This document shows, one piece after another, positions 39,147 through 49,138 of a stretch of 64,000 bases of DNA. Position 1 is the first letter of the stretch. Each line of letters opens with the position of its first letter. The translations under genes were made by a program, and so were the position numbers. The DNA is from Candidatus Limivivens sp. (GTDB taxonomy: Bacteria > Bacillota > Clostridia > Lachnospirales > Lachnospiraceae), in the NCBI GenBank assembly GCA_034101475.1, contig JAXEJQ010000092.1, forward strand, positions 446-64,445, in the 5' to 3' direction. The notes below the pieces were generated by a model. That model saw nothing but the letters and a program-made list of their open reading frames with translations, had not been told where the DNA came from and searched no databases.

Positions 39147-40466
39147 TCAGGAAATCCGCTCAAAACCATTCTGGTTTACACGAATCTTATAGAGTCTTCC
39201 TTTAAACCGGATCATGAAATCAATGGTTGTGGTCACATCCAGTTCCTTCTCGGAAGCCAGCGAGAAGAAGCAGCGATAATTCGTTGCGCCCACATTAACG
39301 CTGTCCTCCCGGATCGTCTGATAATCCGCGGCATCGTATACAAGCACTGCGTTGTAATTATTTCCATTGGAATGGACTACCGCCATATTTCCGGTATTGC
39401 TGTCCCGATTTCCCACATACAGAACATCTGCATCCGAAATATTATAGTTTGTCACATCAACCCGCACATAATCTGCTGTGCCGTAAAAGGCGATATGCAT
39501 GTCGAAGAAGTGGTGAAGATCAATTTCTCCGCAGCGTTTGCAGATTCCTGCTTCATAGCTGTGTCCCAGTGCCGGGGCGATCTGTGTATGGCAGCGGGTA
39601 CAAACGGAAGCTGCGGTACAGGTCGCTGCCGGTGCGCTGTGCCCCAGAGCCGCTCCGAAAGACATCTGACAGCGGGTACATTTTGCAGGCTGTGTACAGG
39701 TCGCTGCCGACATACTATGGCCATAAGCCTTCGTCACAACCTTATAGCATCTGCCGCATACAGCATCCTGGGTACAGCTGGCCTGGGTAATCAGGGCATG
39801 TCCCAGCGCTTTTCCTTTCGTTGCTCCGCAGGAACAGGTTGCCGGCCTGGTACAGGTTGCTTTGCTGTACTTGTGAACATGCTTTACCGTTACAACGCAT
39901 TTGATTTTCTTTATTCCAACCTTCGCGGTAATGGTAGCCTTGCCGCTCTTCAGTCCCTGAATCACCGCCGTCTGCCTCTTTGAGCCGGAAGTGGACTTGA
40001 TTTTCGCAACCTTTTTATTGCTGGTGGTCCAGGTCACCTTGGCTGTCGGATTCTGAACGGTCAGAGTAACTGTTTTTCCTTCATTCACCGTGGCTTTTTT
40101 CTTGTTCAGGGTAACTCCCTTTACGGTAATTTTAGAGGTCAGTTTCGTATTGCCGATTTTGGCTGTGATCGTTGCCTTTCCTGCGCCTACCGCTTCCAGA
40201 ACAACCTTCTGGTTCTTTGTTCCGCTGACGGAATTAATCTGAACCACATCGTCATTGCTGCTGGACCATCCAACAGTCCTCGTAACATTTTTTACGGTAA
40301 GGCTCATGGTCTTCCCTTCGATCAGGGTAGCGCTTTTTTTGCTCAGAGACATGCCGGCTGCCTCTGCCGTAATTCCGTTCTGGACAAGACTGACACCGGA
40401 TACGGCAAAAACGACCATCAGACTCAGGAGCAGCGTCCTCCAGACGCGCATGGTCTTTGTTTTCAA
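39147..40466 (-). CDS. Secreted/surface protein: two Ig-like (Big_2-type) domains, Cys/His repeats, C-terminal domain of unknown family
   Basis: Signal peptide ending AEA; two W(S/T)(S/T)SN...GKATITA Ig modules; four A(T/S)CT-x4-C-x1-2-C-x8-GH repeats. Start uncertain (TTG 40466 or ATG 40451). Confidence 0.8.
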   Translation of the reverse strand: MKTKTMRVWRTLLLSLMVVFAVSGVSLVQNGITAEAAGMSLSKKSATLIEGKTMSLTVKNVTRTVGWSSSNDDVVQINSVSGTKNQKVVLEAVGAGKATITAKIGNTKLTSKITVKGVTLNKKKATVNEGKTVTLTVQNPTAKVTWTTSNKKVAKIKSTSGSKRQTAVIQGLKSGKATITAKVGIKKIKCVVTVKHVHKYSKATCTRPATCSCGATKGKALGHALITQASCTQDAVCGRCYKVVTKAYGHSMSAATCTQPAKCTRCQMSFGAALGHSAPAATCTAASVCTRCHTQIAPALGHSYEAGICKRCGEIDLHHFFDMHIAFYGTADYVRVDVTNYNISDADVLYVGNRDSNTGNMAVVHSNGNNYNAVLVYDAADYQTIREDSVNVGATNYRCFFSLASEKELDVTTTIDFMIRFKGRLYKIRVNQNGFERIS

Positions 40467-40615
40467 TTTCTTTTCATCCTTTCCTCTTTTTAAATTTAAA
40501 ATACTATCAGGTCTTATCATATTAACATTCTCTTTTAGGAAAAAAAGAAATTCCCAAAATATTTGGGAATTCCCGGGAACTCTTTGATATCCACTTTGAT
40601 ATCCAGATTATCCTG

Positions 40616-41224
40616 CTATGCCTTTCCGTGCTTTTCCTCCTGAAGCATCCCAAAGACATGGATCAGATCCCGTTTGCTTTCCAGCCCAAGCTTCTGCAGA
40701 ATCCTGGTCGTCTGATTGGCAATGGTCTTGGGAGAAGACTGGAGATGCACACCCTGCCCCAGCAGATTCCGGAAAACTGCCATCTCCGCCTCTGAGAGAC
40801 AGGAAAGAGCCGTGGAGACAATCAGATACTCCTGGGCCGTATGCTTTCCACCGCACAGCGCCAAAATCGTTTCCTCCAGCAGCGCAGGCTGTCCCTTAAA
40901 TACATATCCGGAAGCAAAGGCCTCCCTGGACGCCTTCAGAATCACTTCCTGAGATTCAATAGCCGTAAGGATCAAAACCCTGGCATCCGTCAGAATCCGA
41001 ATCTCCCTGGATGCCTGAATTCCATCGGAAAAGGATCTTCCCAGATCCAGATCCATCAGCACCAGATCCGGCTGGCAGCGGCAGGCCATGGCTACCGCTG
41101 TATTCTGTTCCTGGCAGCAGCCCACAATCTCAAACCTGCTGTCCTTTTTCAGCTGTCTCTGAATCAAATACAAAAAATCCGGATCATCATCTACGATCAA
41201 TAATCTGACTGACTCCTTCATCAT
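40616..41224 (-). CDS. Response regulator (receiver plus degenerate LuxR/NarL-type HTH)
   Basis: LLIVDDD, VLMDLDL, GYVFKG, C-terminal SPKTIANQTTRILQKLGL. Start at MMKES (41224). Confidence 0.85.
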   Translation of the reverse strand: MMKESVRLLIVDDDPDFLYLIQRQLKKDSRFEIVGCCQEQNTAVAMACRCQPDLVLMDLDLGRSFSDGIQASREIRILTDARVLILTAIESQEVILKASREAFASGYVFKGQPALLEETILALCGGKHTAQEYLIVSTALSCLSEAEMAVFRNLLGQGVHLQSSPKTIANQTTRILQKLGLESKRDLIHVFGMLQEEKHGKA

Positions 41225-42657
41225 TCCTGTTTTCTCCTTTTTGCCGGTCTGATCGGCAGATACAGAACAAACACTGCTCCGCCCGAAGGCCTTTTTGATT
41301 TTTTTACCTGTATGCTGCCCTGATGCTTCTCCAGTACCTTCCGGCAATACGAAAGTCCAGGGCCCAGATGCTCCGGACCGTCCTTTCCACTGTAATAGGG
41401 CTGAAAAATGTAAGGAAGTTCCTTTTGGTCAATCCCCGGGCCGGTATCCTCCACCTGAATCATAGCCGTATTTTTTCTGTTTGTCCGATAGGACAACGTC
41501 AGCACCCCTTCCTCTCCCATGGCATCAATGGCGTTTGCCGTCAGATTGTTCAGGACTTCTTTTATATGGTGATAATCGCAGAAAAGTAAAGGGGTATTTT
41601 CTTCGCCCCTCCCCCTAAAAATTTCAATGCTTCCTTTCCATTTCCCTGCCCATTCATTCCGGATTTCTTCAAAAAGGCCGTCCACATTCACCATTTCACA
41701 GTTCAGCGCGATTTCCCCGGTATACCGGCCGCTTCGCTTAAGAAATTCTTCGATATGCTTTACGGAGCGGTCAATGATCTCCAGTTCCGGAAGTGCCTTC
41801 CGGTCTTCCTGTCCCCGAAGCAGCCCGATGCACCAGGAAATCTTCGCAAGTTCTCCCTTCAGCATATGCCTGAAATAGGAAACATTTTTCTGCAGCCCGA
41901 TATTTTCTTCTGTCCAGTCAAAATATTCCCGGTTCAGCCGAATCCCCCAGATTCCCTCCCGAAACAGATGCCAGAGATAATAGAAGAAAAGAAAGACCAG
42001 GATAAACAAATTCCCCTGCCACAGCTTATAAAGCTTCTCTAATTCCAGAATATGAAATAAAAACAACGTAATCAGCCAATACCAGAGAGGCAACAGCGCA
42101 ATGACAGACACCATTCTCCGCTGGCGGAACTGATAGCTTTTCCGCTCCTTCACAAGAGTCACAAGGATCGGAATAGTAGCCAGCACACCATAGAGCAGGT
42201 TATAGATACCCACAATTGTAAAAGCTTCCGGATTGTCATTGGCAATCTCACGGGTCTGACTCCAGGGATAAACAGAGCCAAAAAGAAACACCGGCAAAAA
42301 CACAAGAATACTGAGCATTCGGAACAGCCCGGGACGGCGTCTGTCCAGATGACAGAAATACATACTGAAGATCATCACGCAGGGCATGGAAACATAGTAA
42401 AGAACCGCCGTCAAAACTGAATTCAGGAAAGATTCCAGCTCGTAGGAAACTCCCAGAATCTGAATCCGGATTCCGCTGAAGATCCCGGCAATGACGAGAT
42501 ATTCTTTGAATACACCGATACTTAATAAAAAACCACAGATACAGCACCACTGATTCACTTTATTTTTCGGACTGGAAAGGAGGATCATCAGATAATTCAC
42601 CCAAATCAGAACGGTAAACAACAATAAAATCTCTTCCGGAAATCCCCGGCCCTGCAT
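41221..42657 (-). CDS. Multi-transmembrane sensor histidine kinase
   Basis: About seven TM segments, H-box FRHMLK, N-box NLTANAIDAM, EDTGPGI, GPGLSYC. Its stop overlaps the regulator start. Confidence 0.88.
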   Translation of the reverse strand: MQGRGFPEEILLLFTVLIWVNYLMILLSSPKNKVNQWCCICGFLLSIGVFKEYLVIAGIFSGIRIQILGVSYELESFLNSVLTAVLYYVSMPCVMIFSMYFCHLDRRRPGLFRMLSILVFLPVFLFGSVYPWSQTREIANDNPEAFTIVGIYNLLYGVLATIPILVTLVKERKSYQFRQRRMVSVIALLPLWYWLITLFLFHILELEKLYKLWQGNLFILVFLFFYYLWHLFREGIWGIRLNREYFDWTEENIGLQKNVSYFRHMLKGELAKISWCIGLLRGQEDRKALPELEIIDRSVKHIEEFLKRSGRYTGEIALNCEMVNVDGLFEEIRNEWAGKWKGSIEIFRGRGEENTPLLFCDYHHIKEVLNNLTANAIDAMGEEGVLTLSYRTNRKNTAMIQVEDTGPGIDQKELPYIFQPYYSGKDGPEHLGPGLSYCRKVLEKHQGSIQVKKSKRPSGGAVFVLYLPIRPAKRRKQE

Positions 42658-42921
42658 AATCCTTCCCCCTGTCTCTGTCACTTTTTCGTTATACTACATA
42701 CTACCGCATTCTGCAAAAATAGACAACAGTCAAAATTTCGCGGTACCTGTTTCCTTCTGAATGTCCGTGTTGTGCGCACACCCATCTTCCGTTTCATACA
42801 AAAAGAGACTTTGTTTTGCATTCTTTTTTGAATACAATTGCATTCTGACAGAGAGAATGCAGCGTGTGTACCTGCATCTTTGGAAAGGTTTCATAAAGTT
42901 TGCTCAGGGCGCTAAAACTGC

Positions 42922-42950
42922 TTGACTTTTTCCGGAAAACAGTCTATAAT
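42922..42950 (+). promoter_or_regulatory. Near-consensus sigma-A promoter of csp with a long 5' UTR
   Basis: TTGACT-17 bp-TATAAT; ~140-nt leader as typical of cold-shock genes. Confidence 0.8.
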
Positions 42951-43094
42951 TTGTACCGTATCAGAGATATGTTGGATGTTCTAATTCACTAGTTATTAGA
43001 GATTATAATCTCACTATGATCTGTAATAACTGGTGAATTTTTTCTTTCAGCATTTCCCGAAATTCATATCTATTCTTTTATGGAGGTACCAAAA

Positions 43095-43295
43095 ATGAAT
43101 AAGGGTACAGTTAAATGGTTCAATGCAGAAAAGGGTTACGGTTTCATCACCGGCGAAGATGGCGCAGATGTATTCGTACATTTCTCCGCTATCCAGGGCG
43201 AAGGCTTCAAGTCTCTTGAAGAAGGTCAGGCCGTTACTTATGACTTAACCGAAGGCGCTCGTGGTATGCAGGCTGCTAACGTTGTAAAGCTGTAA
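43095..43295 (+). CDS. cspA: Cold-shock protein
   Basis: [18 protein letters not shown]...[21 protein letters not shown]; GGAGG RBS. Confidence 0.97.
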   Translation: MNKGTVKWFNAEKGYGFITGEDGADVFVHFSAIQGEGFKSLEEGQAVTYDLTEGARGMQAANVVKL

Positions 43296-43314
43296 GTTAT
43301 AAATTCAACGAACC

Positions 43315-43350
43315 AAAAAAAGAGTCTTGCTGATGCAGGACTCTTTTTTT
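43315..43350. terminator. Bidirectional terminator between csp and nrdD
   Basis: aaaaaaagagtcttgc-tgat-gcaggactctttttttt. Confidence 0.8.
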
Positions 43351-43426
43351 TCGCAGTTTTCTGCTTTCTTATGGGGTGCAAAACAGGCAGTCGTTTTAAG
43401 GCTGCCTGTGCAGTTCCTTCCCCCGG

Positions 43427-45832
43427 TCAGAGCTGGAGCTGTACAGACCTTTCGGAAGAATTCTCCTGTTTCTGTATCATCACATATTTTCTGATATTTG
43501 ACGCATTGACATATTTCTCCACTTTGCTTCCATTGACAATGACCAGTGTGGGAGCCTGCATAATCCCGTATTTCTGCACCAGCTCCGGATTTTCCTCCGC
43601 ATCGATCAGCTTGTACCTCTCACCGGCCAGAATCTCTTTGGCAATCTGACAATTGGGACAGGTCTTCGTGGTAAACAGATATTTGATCCCTTTGGCAGGC
43701 TTGATATCCACCTTATCCCTGCTCACCGTCACAATGCTGCTCTGCACCTTTTTCAGGCAGGAGCGGTTGATATCATATAACGTGCGGTTCGCATATTCCT
43801 GGGATTTTCCGTCATTCCAGTTCTGTACCGGACGGTAATATCCGGTAATCCGGCTGTAAACCTCCGCCTTTTCCCCGCAGATCGGGCAGGTAAAATGTTC
43901 TCCGGCCAGATAGCCATGGGTCCTGCATACCGAATAGGTAGGTGACAGCGTATAATAGGGAAGCCGGTAATTTTCCGCGATCTTCCGCACCAGATTCGCC
44001 GCCGCTTTCCAGTCCGGAAGCTTTTCACCCAGAAAAGCATGGAACACCGTTCCGGAAGTATACAGTGTCTGCAGTTCATCCTGAATATCCAGTGCGTCAA
44101 AGATGTCGGAGGTGTAATCCACCGGAAGGTGAGAACTGTTGGTATAATAAGGCGTATCGCCCTCTTTTCCTGCTGTCCGGATATCCGGATACCGTTCCCG
44201 GTCATGCTTTGCCAGACGGTAGGTGGTGGATTCAGCCGGAGTCGCTTCCAGATTATAGAGATCCCCGTACTGCTCCTGGTACATCACCAGACGATCCCGC
44301 ATATGATTCAGCACATCCCTGGTAAATTTCTGAGTTCTCGGGTGAGACAGATCCTCGCCCAGCCAGGCCGCATTGAGCCCCACCTCATTCATGCCGATAA
44401 GGCCGATGGTGGAAAAGTGATTGTCAAAGCTGCCCAGATAACGTTTCGTATAGGGATAAAGTCCTTCATCCAGAAGCTTGCTGATCACATCCCGCTTGAT
44501 CTTCAGGGAGCGGGCGGAAATATCCATCAGATGATCCAGGCGCCGGTAAAACTCCTCTTCATCTTTGGACAGATACGCAATCCTGGGCATATTGATGGTC
44601 ACCACACCCACGCTCCCGGTGCTCTCCCCTGAGCCGAAAAATCCTCCGGTTTTCTTGCGCAGCTCCCGCAGATCCAGTCTCAGCCGGCAGCACATACTGC
44701 GCACGTCACTGGGCTCCATATCGCTGTTTATGTAATTGGAAAAATAAGGTGTTCCGTATTTTGCTGTCATCTCAAACAGCAGACGGTTATTTTCCGTATC
44801 AGACCAGTCAAAATCTCTGGTAATGGAATAGGTGGGAATGGGGTACTGGAAACCTCTGCCATTGGAATCCCCTTCAATCATGGTTTCAATAAAAGCCTTG
44901 TTCACCATGTCCATTTCCTTTTTGCAGTCCTTATAGCAGAAATCCATCTCTTTCCCGCCTACAATGGCCGGAAGCTCTGCCAGGTCAGCCGGAACGGTCC
45001 AGTCCAGGGTAATATTGGAAAAAGGTGCCTGGGTTCCCCATCGGCTGGGTGTATTCACACCGAAAATAAAGGTCTCAATACATTTTTTCACCTCCGGGTA
45101 GGTGAGATGATCTGCTTTGACAAAGGGTGCCAGATAGGTATCAAAAGAAGAAAATGCCTGAGCGCCTGCCCATTCATTCTGCATAATCCCCAGGAAATTC
45201 ACCATCTGATTGCACAGAACGGATAAATGCTTTGCCGGTGCCGAGGTAATCTTCCCCTCGATACCGCCCAGTCCCTCCTTAATCAGCTGCTTCAGGGACC
45301 AGCCTGCACAGTATCCGGTAAGCATGGACAGGTCATGGATATGAATATCCGCATTCCGATGGGCATCGGCAATCTCCTGATCATAAATCTCCGACAGCCA
45401 GTAGTTCGCTGTCACAGCACCGGAATTGGACAGGATCAATCCTCCTACGGAATAGGTCACGGTGGAATTCTCTTTTACCCGCCAGTCCTCCACCTTGACA
45501 TAGCTGTTCACGATCTCCTTATAGTCCAGAATCGTGGATTTCATATTCCGGATCTTCTCCCGCTGCTTCCGGTAAAGAATATATGCCTTTGCCACATCAC
45601 CGTAGCCGGCCTGTACCAGCGTATTCTCCACGCTGTCCTGAATACTCTCCACATCAATCCTGTCATTCTGAATTTTATTCTGAAAATCGGAAGTAACACG
45701 AAGGCTTAAAAGGCTGATGATATCATCATCGAACTGTTTGTGAGTCGCATCAAAGGCCTTCGCGATGGCCTCGCTGATTTTATTCAGATGAAACTCTGTT
45801 ACCTTGCCGTCTCTCTTTACTACATTAAACAT
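43427..45832 (-). CDS. nrdD: Anaerobic (class III) ribonucleoside-triphosphate reductase with ATP cone and C-terminal glutaredoxin-like domain
   Basis: VVKRDG ATP cone, RSMCCRL finger loop, CRTHGY...CPIC zinc site, RITGYY glycyl-radical motif, then TKTCPNC...IMQAPTLV redoxin. Start at MFNVV (45832). Confidence 0.93.
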   Translation of the reverse strand: MFNVVKRDGKVTEFHLNKISEAIAKAFDATHKQFDDDIISLLSLRVTSDFQNKIQNDRIDVESIQDSVENTLVQAGYGDVAKAYILYRKQREKIRNMKSTILDYKEIVNSYVKVEDWRVKENSTVTYSVGGLILSNSGAVTANYWLSEIYDQEIADAHRNADIHIHDLSMLTGYCAGWSLKQLIKEGLGGIEGKITSAPAKHLSVLCNQMVNFLGIMQNEWAGAQAFSSFDTYLAPFVKADHLTYPEVKKCIETFIFGVNTPSRWGTQAPFSNITLDWTVPADLAELPAIVGGKEMDFCYKDCKKEMDMVNKAFIETMIEGDSNGRGFQYPIPTYSITRDFDWSDTENNRLLFEMTAKYGTPYFSNYINSDMEPSDVRSMCCRLRLDLRELRKKTGGFFGSGESTGSVGVVTINMPRIAYLSKDEEEFYRRLDHLMDISARSLKIKRDVISKLLDEGLYPYTKRYLGSFDNHFSTIGLIGMNEVGLNAAWLGEDLSHPRTQKFTRDVLNHMRDRLVMYQEQYGDLYNLEATPAESTTYRLAKHDRERYPDIRTAGKEGDTPYYTNSSHLPVDYTSDIFDALDIQDELQTLYTSGTVFHAFLGEKLPDWKAAANLVRKIAENYRLPYYTLSPTYSVCRTHGYLAGEHFTCPICGEKAEVYSRITGYYRPVQNWNDGKSQEYANRTLYDINRSCLKKVQSSIVTVSRDKVDIKPAKGIKYLFTTKTCPNCQIAKEILAGERYKLIDAEENPELVQKYGIMQAPTLVIVNGSKVEKYVNASNIRKYVMIQKQENSSERSVQLQL

Positions 45833-45962
45833 CTGGATTCTCCTCCCAAGTAACACACGGTATCTCTGCGCCTTACTCCCCGACAGGCGGCTCTCCCGTT
45901 CCTGTTCGCTCCCTTCCCGCAGCAGCGCCCGCCACGGGCCTCTGAACAGTAACGATGGATCT

Positions 45963-46047
45963 ATTGTATCAGATTCTCCCATCCGAGTCAATTACAAAAA
46001 CACTATATCTATGAATTATTTCAAAACAATTCACAAGATATAGTGTT
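45963..46047 (-). promoter_or_regulatory. nrdD promoter with tandem NrdR boxes
   Basis: TTGACT-17 bp-TACAAT (45963-45991); NrdR-box-like ACACTATATCTATGAA (46000-46015) and CACAAGATATAGTGTT (46032-46047), 32 bp apart. Confidence 0.75.
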
Positions 46048-46140
46048 TTTAATTTTGGATGCAGTCCTCGGATTTTCATGCACAAATGCATGAAAACATC
46101 TCGCAAAACAGTGGCTTCTGAACAGTTACCTGTTTCATGT

Positions 46141-47397
46141 TCATGTTCTTCCGGCCTCAATCTGGGCATAAATTTCCATGGGAACATAGGCTTTTACAGC
46201 AATTCCCTCCGGCAGATACTCTTCCTCCACCAGCTGTCCTTTTCCCCGGATCAGCTGGATTTTCCCTGCCATCTCATAAGGAAACAGCCGTTCCACATAA
46301 ATCTGATCCTTCCTGAGAATTTCCTCCAGAATCTTCTTCAGCTCCTCCAGTCCTTCTCCGGTTTTGGCGGAAACACACACACTGTAGTCCGCCTGGAAGT
46401 CTCTGGTCTTCTGTTTTACCTGGATCTTGTCCTGCTTATTAAAAACGGTAACAATCACTTTATTTTCCACGCCCAGCTGCCGCAGAGTCTCATAAACCAC
46501 ATACATCTGCGTTTCCATCTGAGGATTGGAAGCATCCACCACGTGAATAATGATGTCCGCGTATTTCGCTTCCTCCAGCGTACTCTTGAACGCCTCAATC
46601 AGGTGATGGGGCAGCTTCCGGATAAAGCCTACGGTATCTGTCAGAAGAATCTCCTGGTTTCCCGGCAGTGTCAGAAGACGTGTAGTGGTGTCCAGAGTGG
46701 AAAAAAGCATCTCATCCTCCGGAATGTCAGACTGGGTCAGGGCATTTTCCAGCGAACTTTTCCCCGCGCAGGAATAGCCCACCAGAGCAGCTACCTTGAC
46801 CCGGTTCTTTTTCCGGTTGGAGCGGATCAGCTCCCGGTGGCGCTCCACTTCTTTGAGTTCCTGCTTCAGCTGGCCGATCCGTCCATGAACCAGACGCCTG
46901 TCCATCTCCAGCTTTTTCTCACCTGGTCCCCTGGTTCCGATCCCGCCTCCCAGCCTGGAAAGGGAATTCCGCAGACCCACCAGTCTGGCCGCCCGGTATT
47001 TGAGCTGGGCCAGCTCCACCTGGATCTTTCCTTCACTGCTCACGGCCCTTCCCGCGAAAATATCCAGAATCAGAAGGGTCCGGTCAATCACCTTGCACTG
47101 AAGCTCCTGCTCCAGATTATTCAGCTGGACCGGCGAAAGCTCATCATCACAGATGATCCCCGTGGCATCCGTCTCATACAGCAGCTCCTTAAGCTCCTCC
47201 AGCTTTCCCTTTCCAAGATACGTCCCCGGATGGATGGTCTCTCTGGCCTGAACAATAGTTCCCAGAACCCTGGCTCCCGCCGTATGCGCCAGATCCTTCA
47301 GTTCCAGCAGAGATTCCTCCACCTGATCGAACTCACTGGTTTTCACAGCTGCCAGAATATAGCTTTCTTCTTTTTTACTTAGATCATACATCTGCAT
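46141..47397 (-). CDS. hflX: GTPase HflX
   Basis: LILDIFAGRA..EGKIQVELAQL, GIGTRGPGEKKLE, GYSCAGKSS, DTVGF, NKQD. Confidence 0.96.
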   Translation of the reverse strand: MQMYDLSKKEESYILAAVKTSEFDQVEESLLELKDLAHTAGARVLGTIVQARETIHPGTYLGKGKLEELKELLYETDATGIICDDELSPVQLNNLEQELQCKVIDRTLLILDIFAGRAVSSEGKIQVELAQLKYRAARLVGLRNSLSRLGGGIGTRGPGEKKLEMDRRLVHGRIGQLKQELKEVERHRELIRSNRKKNRVKVAALVGYSCAGKSSLENALTQSDIPEDEMLFSTLDTTTRLLTLPGNQEILLTDTVGFIRKLPHHLIEAFKSTLEEAKYADIIIHVVDASNPQMETQMYVVYETLRQLGVENKVIVTVFNKQDKIQVKQKTRDFQADYSVCVSAKTGEGLEELKKILEEILRKDQIYVERLFPYEMAGKIQLIRGKGQLVEEEYLPEGIAVKAYVPMEIYAQIEAGRT

Positions 47398-47409
47398 GCT
47401 TTCCACCTG

Positions 47410-48453
47410 TCAGCGGCTCTGAAGGAATGCATACTCCTTCTGCCCTTTTTCATCCGCCGGATACTGCTCCACATACTGGAGCGCCTTCTCCCTGGCAGCG
47501 TCAAAATTTCCTTTTCTCTCCCATGCCACAATGGCATTGAACGCCAGCTCCTGCTTTCCGGCCTCGCCTTCCAGCGCCAGTCCCTTTTCAATATTACTCA
47601 GCGCGGAATCATAGCTGCCCTCCGCGAGATCACACAGGCAAATACCGTTGAGACTTTCCGGAGTTTCACCGTACAGCTCAATGTACTTCTGATATGCAAC
47701 TCTGGAATGTGCCGTATCCTCCAGAGCCAGATAAATCTTTCCCATCAGAAGAAGGGCATCGGCATCTCCCGCCTCCGCAGTGGGAGAAAGCATGGCCTTC
47801 GCCTTGTCATAATCCTCCAGATAATAATAAATCCTGGCCTTCTGATAAGCGGTATCCCCTCCGGAGCCCTCAATATTCAATGCCTGCTTCAGATAAACGT
47901 CCCCTTCCGCAGACAGGTTTTTCTGATTATAGCATTCATAAATATTCAGAAGCATATCGTAATCATCGCCGCACATGCCGGCAGCCGCCTTAAACTCTGC
48001 AGCGGCACTCTCCTTATTGTCGATGGCCAGATAGCTGGCTCCCTTCATATAGTGGGCATTTCCATCGTTTCCAAGCTTCAGGATTTCCTCGCAGACACTG
48101 ATGGTCCCTGTATAGTCCTGCTGCCTGAACAGAGCGGTCGCCTTATAGTATAGGATATCTCTCCGGGTATTATTCATTTTATCGTCGGTATTCGCCAGAG
48201 CCTGATCAAAAGCTGCCACAGCCTTGTCCAGCTCTCCCGTAGCCATATAGGCAATTCCTTCCCCGCGGTATGCCTCCACCAGCAGCTCTCCTTCGGAAAT
48301 CACTTCCCCAAAGGCCGTCAGAGCTTCCTCATAGCTGGCATTCTCAATGGCTGTCATACCCTTCGCAAGCTTATCCTGAAGCTCCTGACTGGCGGCGCAT
48401 CCGGTCAGCAGAACTGCCGAAACTGCCAGAAGCAGTCCATATCTTTTTCTCAT
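47410..48453 (-). CDS. Tetratricopeptide-repeat lipoprotein
   Basis: Start at MRKRYG (48453); lipobox LLTGC; multiple TPR-like helical repeats. Confidence 0.85.
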   Translation of the reverse strand: MRKRYGLLLAVSAVLLTGCAASQELQDKLAKGMTAIENASYEEALTAFGEVISEGELLVEAYRGEGIAYMATGELDKAVAAFDQALANTDDKMNNTRRDILYYKATALFRQQDYTGTISVCEEILKLGNDGNAHYMKGASYLAIDNKESAAAEFKAAAGMCGDDYDMLLNIYECYNQKNLSAEGDVYLKQALNIEGSGGDTAYQKARIYYYLEDYDKAKAMLSPTAEAGDADALLLMGKIYLALEDTAHSRVAYQKYIELYGETPESLNGICLCDLAEGSYDSALSNIEKGLALEGEAGKQELAFNAIVAWERKGNFDAAREKALQYVEQYPADEKGQKEYAFLQSR

Positions 48454-48505
48454 GGTTCTACCTCCCATTCGCACGTATGGTATAGTATAGCAGAAATCCG
48501 GGGAA

Positions 48506-49138
48506 ATGTACACTTTTTTTCTAAACGGAAATGTACTGGCCAAATCCATTCCGGCCAAAGCCTGCGGCATCTGCACCAGCCAGCCGGTGGCCCAGGCGCT
48601 CCGCCTGTGCGCCGATCTGGTCATCGCAGCGCCTGACCATGAACTTTACCGGCGCTGCAGCCATGCCCTGATGAATTACCTCAAGTCGCTGACTCCGGAA
48701 GTGGAGCAGCTCAGTATTGATGAATGCTTTCTGGATTTTACGGGAATTGCCCACCGCTATTCCTCGCCTGTGGAGGCAGCCTGTGAGATCAAAGATACAA
48801 TTAATCAGAAATTTGGATTTACGGTAAATGTCGGAATTTCTTCCAATAAACTGCTTGCGAAAATGGCTTCGGATTTCGAAAAGCCCAACAAGGTGCACAC
48901 GCTGTTTCCGACCCTGAACTGATTTCCGGCCATTTAAAAAGCCATGGCCGTCAAGGTTCTGAAGGAACTGACCGATGAGCGGGTGCCTGTCCGGCTAAGC
49001 CTCTTCGACCTGGAGCCGGAGAAATCCGAAAAACAAAAAAGGCTGGATCTGGCACTGGATTCCATCCGTTCCCGCTACGGAAAAGACGCTGTGATCCGTG
49101 GCGGGACTTACAAAGCTTCTAAGCCCTCTCGGCCCTGA
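48506..49138 (+). pseudogene. dinB: Y-family DNA polymerase IV remnant (5' loss and large internal deletion)
   Basis: LAKSIPAK, SIDECFLD and GISSNKLLAKMASDFEKP core then a stop at 48922; a separate C-terminal tail RLSLFD...LDLALDSIRSRYGKDAVIRG at 48944-49138. The N-terminal catalytic Asp motif, thumb and little finger are missing. Confidence 0.82.
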
